From Octopus bimaculoides (Eukaryota), in the NCBI RefSeq assembly GCF_001194135.2, contig NC_068981.1:146953276-147017275 (forward strand): DNA of 64,000 nucleotides, in the 5' to 3' direction. Position numbers and translations under genes: made by a program. Within the stretch, counting starts at the first letter, position 1, and every line of letters starts with the position of its first letter. The notes under the pieces were generated by a model, which saw only the letters and a program-made list of their open reading frames with translations, had not been told where the DNA came from and did not search any database. This document shows, in pieces, positions 37,486 to 50,760 of the stretch.

Positions 37486-39314
37486 CTAAATAAAAAGATT
37501 TTTAAAAGAAAAAAAAAACTTTTGTGATTATCAAGTAAAAAAAAAAACCTGACAGAAAAAGAAATTTTCTTGAATGACTGGAAGAACGGAAAATAAGACT
37601 AGACATACAGGAAGTGAAAAAGAAAAGAGGGAAGAAAAGAATAGGAAGAGGAGAGAAGAAAAATTACACAAAAGAAAACTGGTTCTCTGATTTCAAGATT
37701 TGGGATTCTCGGTGAGAATAAGACTAATTCCAAACATCGAAAGATTAAACGCAAATTTATGTAGAAGAAGTGATTATTATAATGTTATTGAAACTTAAAT
37801 GTACATTTAAAACTAAAATCAAGTTTTCTCTTTAATCGATATTGACTATCTTTCATTTTTCCGGGGCTGATAAAATAAATCAACAACTAGGGGTAAAATG
37901 ACTAGTAGGAAATCATAAGCAAATAAAAAAAAATATCCTCAACTGGGAAAAAAGAAAAATTTAAATTCCATACTTTTTTGTGTGTGCGTGTGTGTACTCA
38001 GCAGATGACAAGCAGAATAACTAGGAAAATACAACCGGGCTTTAAATAGAGAGAAAGTTTAACATAAGCCACCTACGCATAAAATTAAAATATGTTGAAG
38101 CCAATGGTAAGTGGCCGGAAGCAGTAAGATAAACAAAAGGAAAGAGCAACAAAAATGATAATGAACTAAGGTCGTCTATTGGACTACAGTTGCGAGCTTT
38201 TCTACCTTACTATTTAAGTTTTATTGTCACGCCTTTATTGACAGCGATCCGTTTTTACACTCGTCCATACATCCAACCACCTACGCATTCAGAAGAACCC
38301 CCTCTTCAGAGGAAACCACATTGAATGAACAACATCCAAGCACATTGTTCAGCAAATATGCGGTATTTGTGGGGGAATAATAATTCTTTCTGCTGCAGGC
38401 ACAAGTCCTGAAATTATGGGGGAGGAGGTTAGTCGGTTTCATCGACTCCAGTGCTTGACTGATACTTGTTTTATCGAACCCAAAAATGATGAAAGGCAAA
38501 GTGGACCTCGGCAGAATTTGAACTCGGAATGTAAAGACGGATAAAATGCCACTAAGCATTTTAACCGGCATGCTAACAGTTCTGCCAGCACGTCTATAAT
38601 TTAGGCACAAAGCCCACATTTTTAGAGAATGGGTTGGGGGGAGTCGATGTCATCGAGCCCAGTACTCAACTGGTACTGTATATTATCGAATCCTAGAAGG
38701 ATTAAAAGGCAAAACTGACACCGGCGAGATTTGAACTCAGAACGCAGAGCCGAGCATGAGATTTTCCCCGGCGGACGTACAATTTTGTCAATCCATTACC
38801 TTTTATTAACTCTAAATAATCCTTTCTACAACAGGCACAGAGATGGGAATCGTCGACTACATCGACCCCAGTGCCCAACCAGCGGCGAAGGGTACCGTTT
38901 AAAAAATGAATAACCAATGAGTTAAAAATAGTTTGGTATGTGCCACGACGCCTTTTCTTTTTATGTGCACACTCCCCAAAACTTTAGAACCTATCTCTTA
39001 CTTGTTTCAGCCATCAGTCTGCGGCCACACTGGAGCACCGCCTTGAAGAATTTTAGTATTTTTTAAACCTGGTACTTATTCTATCATTTTTCTTTCGACG
39101 AACCGTTAAGTTACGGAGACATAAAAACAAGCACACAAACATATACAGATATATACGACGGGCCTCTTTCAGTCTCCGCCTACCACGTCCACTCACAAGG
39201 CTTTGGTAGGCCGAGGCTATAGAAGACACTTGCCCAAGGTGCCACGCAGTAGAACCGAACCCGGAACCATGTGGTTGGGAAGCAAGCTACTTACTACACA
39301 GCAACTCTCTCTCC

Positions 39315-39366
<52 letters not shown>

Positions 39367-41889
39367 GTATATATATACATACATATATACTAGCTTGAGC
39401 GGATCTTTTTTAAAACGGAGGCCACATTTTTCATTAACGAAACACTTTGAAACTTGGAACACTGGTAGAATGTGTCATATAAAACATCTTTTTCTCTTAG
39501 TCTTCTTTAAANNNNNNNNNNNNNNNNNNNNNNNNNNNNNNNNNNNNNNNNNNNNNNNNNNNNNNNNNNNNNNNNNNNNNNNNNNNNNNNNNNNNNNNNN
39601 NNNNNNNNNNNNNNNNNNNNNNNNNNNNNNNNNNNNNNNNNNNNNNNNNNNNNNNNNNNNNNNNNNNNNNNNNNNNNNNNNNNNNNNNNNNNNNNNNNNN
39701 NNNNNNNNNNNNNNNNNNNNNNNNNNNNNNNNNNNNNNNNNNNNNNNNNNNNNNNNNNNNNNNNNNNNNNNNNNNNNNNNNNNNNNNNNNNNNNNNNNNN
39801 NNNNNNNNNNNNNNNNNNNNNNNNNNNNNNNNNNNNNNNNNNNNNNNNNNNNNNNNNNNNNNNNNNNNNNNNNNNNNNNNNNNNNNNNNNNNNNNNNNNN
39901 NNNNNNNNNNNNNNNNNNNNNNNNNNNNNNNNNNNNNNNNNNNNNNNNNNNNNNNNNNNNNNNNNNNNNNNNNNNNNNNNNNNNNNNNNNNNNNNNNNNN
40001 NNNNNNNNNNNNNNNNNNNNNNNNNNNNNNNNNNNNNNNNNNNNNNNNNNNNNNNNNNNNNNNNNNNNNNNNNNNNNNNNNNNNNNNNNAACCGTTAAGT
40101 TACGGAGACATAAAAACAAGCACACAAACATATACAGATATATACGACGGGCCTCTTTCAGTCTCCGCCTACCACGTCCACTCACAAGGCTTTGGTAGGC
40201 CGAGGCTATAGAAGACACTTGCCCAAGGTGCCACGCAGTAGAACCGAACCCGGAACCATGTGACTGAGAAGCAAACTTCTTACCACACAGCCACGCTACA
40301 TAGCCATAAAAAATATAAGCGCCGGAAGGCGACGAGTCGGCAGTACGCCGGTCAAAATGCTTAGCAGCATTCCGTCCGTTTGCACGTTTAGAGTTCAAAT
40401 TCCCCTGAGGTCGGTAAAAAAAGTACTAGTTGAACACTGAGGTTAATGTAATCGACTTATCCCCTCGCTATCCCACTCCAAATTGCTGGTTTTGTGCCAA
40501 AATTTGAAACCACTTGGGAAAGAGTCTTCTCCCAAGCATTGAGTCGACCAAAACCCTGAGTCGAAATTTTTCAGAAACCCTTTAGAAGGACCGTTTCTGT
40601 TTTTGAGTCGTAATCTTATCTCGTTGCCCAGTTTCACACCAACACTTAGTCATTGAATGCCCTTAGTAGTGTCCACTCTGCTGCAAGCATTTGGGCTGCT
40701 CGAAGCAGATCCCTCATTCCTTCGCAACGCTACTGCAGGTCTTTAGACAGATGACTTCCTTTCTTCTGCTACTCTCAGAGATCTTGAAAAGGTGTGGGAT
40801 ACTGCCCTATCAGATAAAGACTTTTTTTTTAATAGCTTAAGGAAAGGCCGGACAAGAATGTCAATTATGTCGAATATATCATTAATCAAAAGTAGAAAAC
40901 CGAGAGCGGAAGAAGAAAAGAATATCGCATGCCTAAGAAGATAAGTGGATACATTCCTGAAATTTTTACAGTAATGCTATCGAAGTCGATTTCTCATTTT
41001 CATTCATAGAGTAAACAGAAGTTTGTTGAATAAAAACGGACCTCGGCGAGAGTTTGAAAAGAAACACGAGGGTTTCAATTTGTTAGCTGCGGGGTCGTGC
41101 TTTCGCTGTCTTACGAGCACATTTCTCAAAATGTATTTGCTTATAAGAACGCGCGCGCACACAGAAAGAGAAATATAGTGAGTTGCAAAACTTAACTTTA
41201 GTCAACAGAGATTATCAACTGAGCAACTTAGTCGACAAAACTCACCTTTAGAGTGTTTAAAATATACATTCGGTCACCTTAGTTTATTGGGGGGGTATCC
41301 CCAGTTGTTTGTTTTAAACTTGAAGCATCTTTAAAAGCTTCAATTTACTCATTGTTAAAACACTTTATGCTATATATGTGGGACCCAAGTACTTGTATTT
41401 AGTGTAAAGTATGTGTCTCTGTCAGAGTGCTATTTCACATATAAGTGAAAATGAGCAAACAGAAACTGTGCAGAATCCAAACGTTGTACTCTTTAACACG
41501 CTTGTTCCACCCGAGGGTACACCTGTCTGCGGAATATACAGCCGCAGTCATTCACAAAGGAAGTTATTCAGTTAATCGGATACCTAAATATTCATTGTCA
41601 AAACTGTTGGAAATCCATTCACTTCATATATTTACTGTGCGTGTATATGTGTATAGTATTTCCTTAACAGTTATTAACCAAACAATAACAGACAAATTAG
41701 CAAGGCATACCTACACATGTGTACCTGCAACTTTCGTCAGAAAAATGGATATACTGGGTCAACCCATAAATAATGCGTTTTTTTTTCAATTGCATGAACT
41801 AAAAGTCGAAGGTGGGGATAAACTACCTGCATCAACTTGCTATAGAAGCAGGTAGTTACTTTGTCCTTACTCTTGGTGCAAGTTTTGAA

Positions 41890-42173
41890 GAGTGCAGTTC
41901 GATTATCCTTTATTCCGCAGTCTTCAAAATCATTTGGACGGAAAAAATATGAATTTTGTAAACGAGGTCAGAATAGTTCTGGAGGAGTGTTTTTCGTGAC
42001 GGACAAGTGAATTTTGGAAAAGGGGCCTTGCAAGTCTACCAGATAGATGGAAGAGCATTGTAGAAAATGAAGGAGAGTATATTTTAGATTAAAAAAACAA
42101 CTTTGTTTCTCTTAATTTTGAAAAGTAAAAGAAGTATTAAAAAAGACCGCATTTTTTATGGGATGACCCAATA
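41890..42173 (+). mobile_element. Mariner transposase 3' end with terminal inverted repeat
   Basis: DYPLFRSLQNHLDGKKYEF/VNEVRIVLEE...EFWKRGLASLPDRWKSIVENEGEYILD* with one frameshift and one internal stop, then ttatgggatgacccaata. Confidence 0.82.
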
Positions 42174-42366
42174 TTGCAATGGAATTTTCTACAAAATACT
42201 TTTCAGATGGTATAGATTGGAATTGGTCCTGAAAACTTTTTTCCGAGAGTGGAGAGAGCAGTTTCGGTAAATTCACAAGAGTCAACTTTGTTTCGTCATA
42301 ACTTTCAGAAAAAAGGTTTTTTTAATGAAATTTTCTACAAATACCTTTCAGATGGTGTACATTACG

Positions 42367-42400
<34 letters not shown>

Positions 42401-42458
42401 TTGGTGGCCTCGCATACATGCATCCATACATACCAATTGACACATCACATATTTACAT

Positions 42459-42612
42459 CGATGGTTCCCAACCCTTTTATTTAAATGAGTTTTCCAACGG
42501 ACCCCTTTTGATATGCTTATCCTTATATAAAATTTTGAATTTAGTTCACGGACCCCCAGTACTACCTTGACGGGCCACCAGAGGTCCGCGGACCCCAGGT
42601 TGGGAACCACTG
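42459..42612. mobile_element. hAT-type MITE with an 8-bp target-site duplication
   Basis: TIRs cgatggttcccaacc / ggttgggaaccactg. Flanks atttacat (42451-42458) and atctacat (42613-42620) differ by 1 mismatch. Confidence 0.75.
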
Positions 42613-42680
42613 ATCTACATAATGAAATTTAAAACCTTGAAACAAAATTGTGATGTGTCATTTGAAGGTAAACCAAACAT

Positions 42681-43080
42681 CTGTACTACTTACTGTAGTG
42701 CATGCCTGTGAGGCATGAGCAGTTTATGAACACCACGCCAAAAAGCTAAACTGCTTTCACATGAACTGTCTGAGAAAGCTGCTGAAAAGCACCTGGCAAA
42801 ACAAGGTCGCTTGTGCAAATGTCCGACACACGCCTCCCCAAGAGGTTGTTTAACAGTGAACTGGCAGGAAGCAAGCGCACGCAAGGTGGACAGAAAAAGC
42901 ATGTCAAGGACACACTCAAAACCTCACTAAAATGTTTTTAGATCAACCCCGGCACTTGGGAATTATAAACCCAAGATCACCCTGCCTGCTGAAGCCGCAC
43001 CAGCAGAGGTGCCGCCTCCTACGAACAGAACAGGATTGGAGGGACACAAAGAAAACGCAAACTGCGAAAGTCCAAAGACA
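42681..43080 (+). mobile_element. RTE/BovB-like LINE ORF C-terminal relic
   Basis: VYEHHAKKLNCFHMNCLRKLLKSTWQNKV...MSDTRLPKRLFNSELAGSKRTQGGQKKHVKDTLKTSLKCF, a typical RTE-BovB C-terminus; internally deleted. Confidence 0.8.
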
Positions 43081-45182
43081 CTGTTTATCTTCTTCTGTAG
43101 ACCATCTGTGCCAATTAGAACTTCTAGAATACAATGTTGAGTGAACGCCAGAAAGAAAAAGATGAACAAGACAGAGAGGGAGGGCGAGGGAGAGCAATGT
43201 GCAAATATGAAAAAGTCAAATGAAAAAAATGGGCCAGTTTTATATGTAATTTTAAAACTATACAGTTGATTTTATTAGTTAAAGTGTTTAAATTTATCTC
43301 CGATTGTTCACAAAGCGTTAACAACTATTCAAACTCAAGAACTAGCATATCTGAAAGCTACTGGAGGCTTTCAAATTAAAAGGTGTGCATATATACTGTG
43401 CAGCAATGAATCGCAGAGTATTTGCACACCTATACATGGAATGTTAGTAACTATAGAGGAATTTGAAAAATGTCTGCCACATACATACAAATATAATGCA
43501 CGAGGAAATTTGGGTTTGAGAAGATAAATCGAAATGTGTTAAAAACTATTGTTTTGTCTAAATGTCTCTTAACTTTGTTGCAACTATTTAGCATTGAAAA
43601 TAAACAGCATAAATAGTAAAATAAAAAGAACTAAATATAAATCAGGATTTGTACAATAAAAATTACTATAATACATGACTTCTTAATTGTTTGCATTTTA
43701 TACACCCTTGTTATTTGTAGAATATGTAGACCAACACCAGTTTCAAATTCTAAATCGAGATGTCAAAGAAATTTATGAATTTAAATCAATTTTTGAAGAA
43801 TTCGTGTTACAACATGATTGCCGAAGAATTCTGCATCTTTTATATACTTTACACCATAGCACATAATATTTACGTAGTTAATATTACAGGACACTAAGCT
43901 GGTGAATTGACAGCATTATTATTAGCACGAGGGCAAATTGCCTAACAACTTTTGGTTCGTTTTCACGTTCTGAGTTCAAATGCTGCTGAGGTCGACTTTG
44001 CCTTTTTTTTTTCAAGGTTGATAAAATAAGTACCAGTTGAGCAACTACATCGATTTAACCCCTCCCTGGAAAATTGCTGGCTTTGTGCCAACATTTGAAA
44101 CTAATATTACGTGATTGTAACTAAACTTTTGAAATTAAATTTACCACATTAAAACGTCAAGGATGGAATGTCTGATCATAGGTCCGCTCAGCTGAGGCTA
44201 AAAAAAACAATAACAGCTATGGAGAGGCATGGGGTAAGACGTGAAGTCGTTGTATTAGACACTCGTACTAAACAAGACAGGTTATCGACCCAAGACGATT
44301 TGGAGTCAAAAAGCAACGAGACGAAACTAAATACTGCTTGTTTATCTCTCTCTCTCTCTCTCATTAACAATAGGTATTATATTGAGACTTACAAGTGGTT
44401 AGTTACGTTATGTTAGTTCAACTTAGTGGGGGTTTTTTTTTACTTGTACTCGACAACTGTTTCTTGACTGACTTTCTGTCTATTTTTGTTAAATATCGCT
44501 TCCGCTTCTACCAAAGAAAAGTCATGCGTTTGTTTGAGAGAGAAGTCTGCTACGTTTTCACTCACCCACACACATAATGAATGCACAGGTATGTATGGGG
44601 TGAAGAGATCCTGCGTGTTATGAACGTTGTTGAAAATATCAACGTAATACAAAATCAAGTTTACTACTGATTTTCTTGTTATATGGATTTTTTCCAGAGG
44701 GAAAAAAAAAGAAAAACTCTGACGAACAGCAACACGACCACTTGTATGCATGAAAATAACTTCTAAACGTACACTGCACAATATGTATATACATAGAAAC
44801 ATTTGAAGAAAAATAAATCAGGGAATAAATACGAATCGTACCACAAAAAATACTGACTACTGTGTGAGCGCTAGCGTAGCTAGAGTGTGTTGCCCAGAGC
44901 ACGAAATTTTTTTCCCCACGAGAGGCCGAACGCGAAATTTTGGTGTTGATCTGGAAACATCATAATCAATATGATAATGGGTACATGCAGTATCACTAAT
45001 CTCTGTCTGAGCATAGATACCTAATGTTAGCTCCATATAGAGATGGTGCTCAATTGATCTATGGGGATGGTGGGGGATGTGGTACTTATGTGAGACCTGC
45101 TACGCTGTACTCACAGAGTGACATACACCATTCTATGCCTGACTGACTGTACTAATACACAGTATGTGGATTTTTAAGGTGA

Positions 45183-46515
45183 GCTCTGATTGCCTGTATG
45201 CAAATGAGTTCGTTACAGGGTTCCGGAACTTTCATGGGAAAAAATTTCGCGTCCCGGACCCCGGTAATGAACTTATTTGCATACAACCAACCAGAGCAGA
45301 GCCACCTTTATCCTTTCTAATCAGCATCGTGCATTCCTTATTCTTTCCCTCGAGTGGCAGACAGCAACCTTTTTGTCACTATCGAAAAAAAATGTCGCTA
45401 TCACTGTAAGTACTAATGTCTCTCTAACTACCTGTCGGGCAAACAAATATATATTGATTCTTCAATATTCACTGGTTACTCCGACGTTGGCACAATAATA
45501 CACTTGCCCAAACTGAATTGCTGGAATTATTTCATTTTCCCCAGAAAAATGTTTTAAAAAAGTTATAGAGGTTTAAAGTTTGATCATTTTCACCCAGTCA
45601 GGAAACAGGATTTGGAAGCTGTCATTTTGTGCGTGACAAAACAGCACATGTTGTCAACATTTGTAAACAACACGTGTTATGTCTCCAGTAATTTTCTTTC
45701 ATGTAAATATTTATGTTAATTTAAAAGAGAAAAACATGAATGTGTCTGTGGCTTACAATTGACTAAAATTTCCAAAATGTTCAAACTTTAATTACTAATA
45801 ACTCTTTATTTATTGATTTATAGCGAAAATTACTTTCACTTCATTAATTAGCCTATAAAAGTGTATCATTACACTGAATATGACATTAATTTGAACAGAA
45901 AATTGACACTGGTAACCAAACAGAAAAGATTTTAAAAACTAGTCATGAAACATGGGAGTACAAAAAAATGTTGCAGAGTACTATAATATTATTAGTAGTA
46001 AATTATAGATCTATTTATTATAACTAGCTGGACCCATGAAAAACTCAGAAAATATTTTAAAATGTAAGCATTTTCAGGATGTTGACAACAAAATGTGCAG
46101 TCACGCACAAAATGACAGCTTCCAAATCCTGTTTCCTGACTGGGTGAAAATGATCAAGCTTTAAAGCTCTATAACTTTTTAAAGACATTTTTCTGGAAAA
46201 AATTAAATAACTCCAGCAATTCAGTTTGGGCAAGTGTATTATTGTGCCAACGTCAGAGTAACCAGTGAACATGGAAGGATCAACACCAAGAAGGAAGAAA
46301 TATTATTTACATATACTTATTTGTTTGCCTGACAGGTAGTTAGAGAGACGGAGAAGTTGTTGGCTGCCAGTAGAGAGGGAAAGAGTAAGGAATGCATGGT
46401 GCTGACTGGAAGGGAAGAAAGGATAAAGGTGGCTCTGCTCTGATTGGTTGTATGCAAATGAGTTCATTACTGGGGTCCAGAACACTCGTGCAAAAGAAAA
46501 ATTTCGTGCCCGAGC
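45183..46515. repeat. Nested inverted repeat: ~400-bp arms (45254-45660 / 46079-46480) plus a local hairpin at 45183-45300, carrying three octamer motifs
   Basis: Direct reverse-complement matching of the arms. ATGCAAAT at 45198 and 46452; ATTTGCAT at 45275. Confidence 0.8.
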
Positions 46516-49500
46516 CGGCTCTTCTGTTTGCTGCCCCTGACAACTTACATCGAACCCTCAACATCGTATATCGCTATAGGTGTTCAATCTCTCTACAGAA
46601 TACTGAAAGCAAATGCCTTTGAATAAATCTAAGCATGTGAAACTGCATGGAAACTTGCCAGATAGACTATAGTTGTTTCTAGTTAGTAGATTTGCTCCAT
46701 CGCCTGATTTAACACAATTACTTGGCTCTTGAGTGTAAGCATTCTGACCAAGACTAGTTTCAGGATAACTTGATAATTTGAAATGTTGCTTTTGGCTGCA
46801 GTAACTCATTGTCGTGGGTTTCTGTCTTCTACCAAACTAAGCAGAAGGAAACTTCTCAGAGTAAGATATATTGCAGAAAAAAAAAAGGGGGGGGTATGAG
46901 AAATGTATCAGTATTTTATAAATGGATAATGAGTGTAATGCCATTTCATAGATGAAAACTGAAGCAAACATTTGTTGGAATAACTAAGATGGTATAAACA
47001 GAAGTAAAATGGCAGAGGCAAGGAAACTACTTAATGGTCCAAGCTTGCAATTAGTAAGTACAAAACATGCACAATATGGTATATGTAAAGCTGAATATTA
47101 AATGCAGAAAGCATTAAAAAATCTTATCAGAAATACTTATGCTGTGAAGAGAAGAAAACATGCACTCAACATCATAAATATGTTGCTCTGAAGAAGAGGA
47201 GCAATCTGATGTTCAGTGTAGGGTTCTTCCTTGAAGATAATACAAACACTGATTGAATGCCACCATTTTTTTTATCAAGGAATAAACAATAACAAATCTA
47301 AGCATCTGTTGTAGTTAACACACAAAGAAATAAACTTAATCAGATAACATGTGTCATTCTGTATTGATAAACTTGTGTTAGTTCATTTGTCAAATTCTGA
47401 AGTTTAAAAGATAAAAGCATTTGTTAAAGGAAATATATTGCAAACTACTTTAACATATCGTCTTATGAAAATCCAACAAATAGGCACAGGCATGGCTGTT
47501 TGGTTGAGAAGTTCTCTTTGCAATTAACTGGTTTCTGATACAGTTCCACTGGGTTCCTGTTTTGTCTCAAGTCAGCCCTGATAAAAAAAAACCTATGAGC
47601 AAGGTATTCCAGCCAAGATTATTACATCATTAATGATTACATTATTCAAGGTGTCCTCTTCCTTAAACAACAGGCTTAGATATGATGAAGGCTTGTCTAC
47701 AATTTGTAGCAGGAAAAGCAACCATGTAGAGCAGGCAGATGCCATCAGTAATTACTCAGGGTAGGCAGTTGGTGATGTTTTTATGTAGTAAAACATGTAA
47801 AAAAAAAAAAAAAGCAAAACACAGGCGTGCAACTGAGTTGGAGGTAAAATTACTTTTGCCTTTATAGCATGTAAAAAAAACTTTGTAAGAATGTATGCAG
47901 CACATGTACTACAGCAGTACTATACATAGTTTTAATACTGAAATTGAAAGGTAGTGGCAAATTATGCTTCCCTAATCTACAAAAAAATAAGATATTTTGC
48001 ATAGTAATCAGAGCAACCTTCATAATTTTATTGAATTGGGTGCATATTTTGCCATAAAAGGAAAATGTTACTATCAATCTATTTTATTCAGGGTAGGCAC
48101 TGCCTACCTTGCCTACTCAGGCAGCCCATCCCTGATGTAGAAGCACTTTGTTGGCTTGTAATACACTAAGGTAGGGTTAGATAGAAATGTAATACCTACA
48201 CTGTTGTAGCAACATAGTAGCAGTAGAAGAGACAAAGGATAGGCACAGCTTGTTTGAGATAAGTGGTTGAATAATACACAATATCATTTTAAAGAGATAT
48301 AACAAACATGTATGGTGTATTCCTATAGCTTTTAAAAATAACTAAACTACTTATTCTGTCAATAACTATATTTAGAAACAACTATATCATAACAAATGCT
48401 GAGATATTAAAAATCTTGCCTATCTCTCAATATCAATGATAGTAGCACTTGTATTAAACAACAGTTGTTTCAATTATTTATATCAATGTTCCTATAAAAA
48501 AAATTATGCATTCTTCAGTCACTTGCCCATTAGTAAGTTAGGATTATGGCTAAAACACTTGATTATAGATCTGCTTAAATAGGTCCAACTTGTGGTTAAA
48601 CATCAACAAAAATATTAATTCAATTAAAGTTATCTAAGTAACATTTATTTTTCCTAATAAGTTATCCAGTAATCAGTAACATCCATTCATCAAACACTCA
48701 CCATCCAATCTTATTACTTGTATTTTATTCCTCTTCTTTGTATCTAACTTAAGTCACAGCTGGCTTTATGCTAAGTGTTGAGGCTAAAAAGTACAGAGGA
48801 ACAAGACAACTGTACCTGTCCCTCTGTCCTACTTCAGCTTCTCAATACCAGGCATAAACCCATCTTACCCTTACTACAAACCCACCTAGTTAAAAGGGTT
48901 TTTTTTCTTTGTTTTGAGTTATTTGACAATTTTACTAGTGTCAGTGTAAATGAAAAAAAAGCACCCAATACATTCTGTAATGTAGTTGGCATAAGGAAGG
49001 GCATTCAGCCTTAGAAACTATGCCAAAGCAGACATTCGAGCTTGGCACAGTCTTCTGGCTTGGATCCTGTCAAACAATCCAACTCACGTTGGCATCGAAA
49101 ATGCACGTTAAATTATGATGATGTGTTTCAATTACTGGACTGCAGCCATGCTGGGCCGCCATCTTTAAGAGTGTTAATCATATGAACTGAAATATATGTT
49201 TCAGTCTAATATTTATCTCATCAATCTCTAAAATTGAATCATTATGTTCTTGACATAAAGAATGCAACTTGACTCGCAGGTTTACACTGTTAAACATAAA
49301 CACATATGTATATGCATTTAGGCATACAAAGCGAAGTATTCAATATACATAGAATATATTTATTTACAGCTGTGACTTCACTTCATCATACTCTGAGTGT
49401 CTATCTATGCATTTACTACAGATGACAAAAGGGAGTGGACCATCAGTTTTAAATATTTATTAGTATAAAGTTTAGTCCTGAGTAACATTGGACAAAGTTT

Positions 49501-50652
49501 AAAAATAACATATTAGTTTTGTTTCCATCAGGCCATATATCAACTAAACTTAATAAATATGACAATTATTTTTTTGATGTGTTTATTCAATATTCTCCTC
49601 ATATACTAGAAACAGGGTGTGGTTTAGTATAATAAAGAACAAAGCTATTTTTATAAGTGGCTTTCATCTAAAATCCACAGAGAAATACAAAATTAGCCTA
49701 TCTTTTAACTTTTATTTGTTCCAGTCATTGGACTGTGGCCATGCTGGGATAGTGCCTCAAGGGCTTTAGTCAAACAAATCAACCCCAGTACTTACCTAAT
49801 TAGTTTCTTTTGCCAAACAGCTAAGTTATAGAGATATAAACAAACCAACACCAGTTGTCAAGCAGTAGGAGTGGGGGGAGGGACACACCACATATGACTG
49901 GCTTTCACAAAGTTTCCATCAACCAAATTCACTCATGATGTATTGCTCAGCTCAGGGGTGTAGTAGAAGACACTTGCTAAGGTTCCATGGCTATATTGTT
50001 TATAATTTAGGCAGAAGGTCAACAATTTTCATGGCAGGGAGTTAGTTTATTACTTCAAGTTCAGTACTTGACCGGTGCTTTACTTTACTGACCGATGAGT
50101 GATGAAAGGCAAACTTGATTTCAGCAGGACTTGAATTCAGAATGTAAAGACTTATAACAAACACCACAAAGCATTTTTTTGCCAAAGTTCTAATGACTGC
50201 CAATACCCCACCCTCATATCATTTATCCTTTGCTTGTTTCAGTCATTGGACCGCAGTCATGCTCGGGCACTGCCTTGAAGGGTTGAATCAAGCAAATCTC
50301 CCCCAGTACTTATTTATTTCAAGTCTGATACTTATTCTATTGGTCTCTACCTCTTTTGCTAAACCCACAAATTACAGAGATGTAAACAAAATAGCACAAG
50401 TTGTCAAGCAGTGGAGCAGGGACAGACAACACACACACACACAGTTTCCATGTATCAAATTCACTCACAAGGTACAGGTTGACCCAAGGCTATCGTAGAA
50501 GACACTTGCCCAAGGTGGTACACAGTGGGACTGAACCCAAAACCACATGGTCACAGAGCAAACTTCTAAACAGCATAGCCATACCTGCACCTATATATTA
50601 AATATAAGTCAAATATATAAATATAATGCTTATAAAACAGTTACTTTTTAAC

Positions 50653-50760
50653 CATAGATTTCATCCTCCATTGAATTAGACTGGAAAATATTTCTCCATA
50701 AATCTTTATGAAGACCATTCACAAAAAATAGTTTTCTTCCTTCCCATTCTATAGCACATC
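50653..50760 (-). CDS. Isolated candidate coding exon (phase 1-1, 108 nt); parent gene unknown
   Basis: Acceptor ttttcctcatattgtatgtag| and a weak donor |gttaaa. Translates (G)CAIEWEGRKLFFVNGLHKDLWRNIFQSNSMEDEIY. No partner exons were found. Confidence 0.25.

Noticed and set aside
39101-40262. A 173-bp identical SINE segment on both sides of the N gap (39101-39273 = 40090-40262)
   Set aside because: Perfect identity abutting a gap, while other SINE copies are clearly diverged, points to a contig-overlap or scaffolding artefact rather than biology. The duplicated ends around the gaps at 5739 and 6769 look similar.
41445-41855. 136-aa plus-strand ORF
   Set aside because: No domain similarity that I can recognise; it runs into a mariner relic.
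46543-46602. Minus-strand segment with strong acceptor and donor sites
   Set aside because: Stop codons in all three frames; it could only be a UTR exon and there is no further support.
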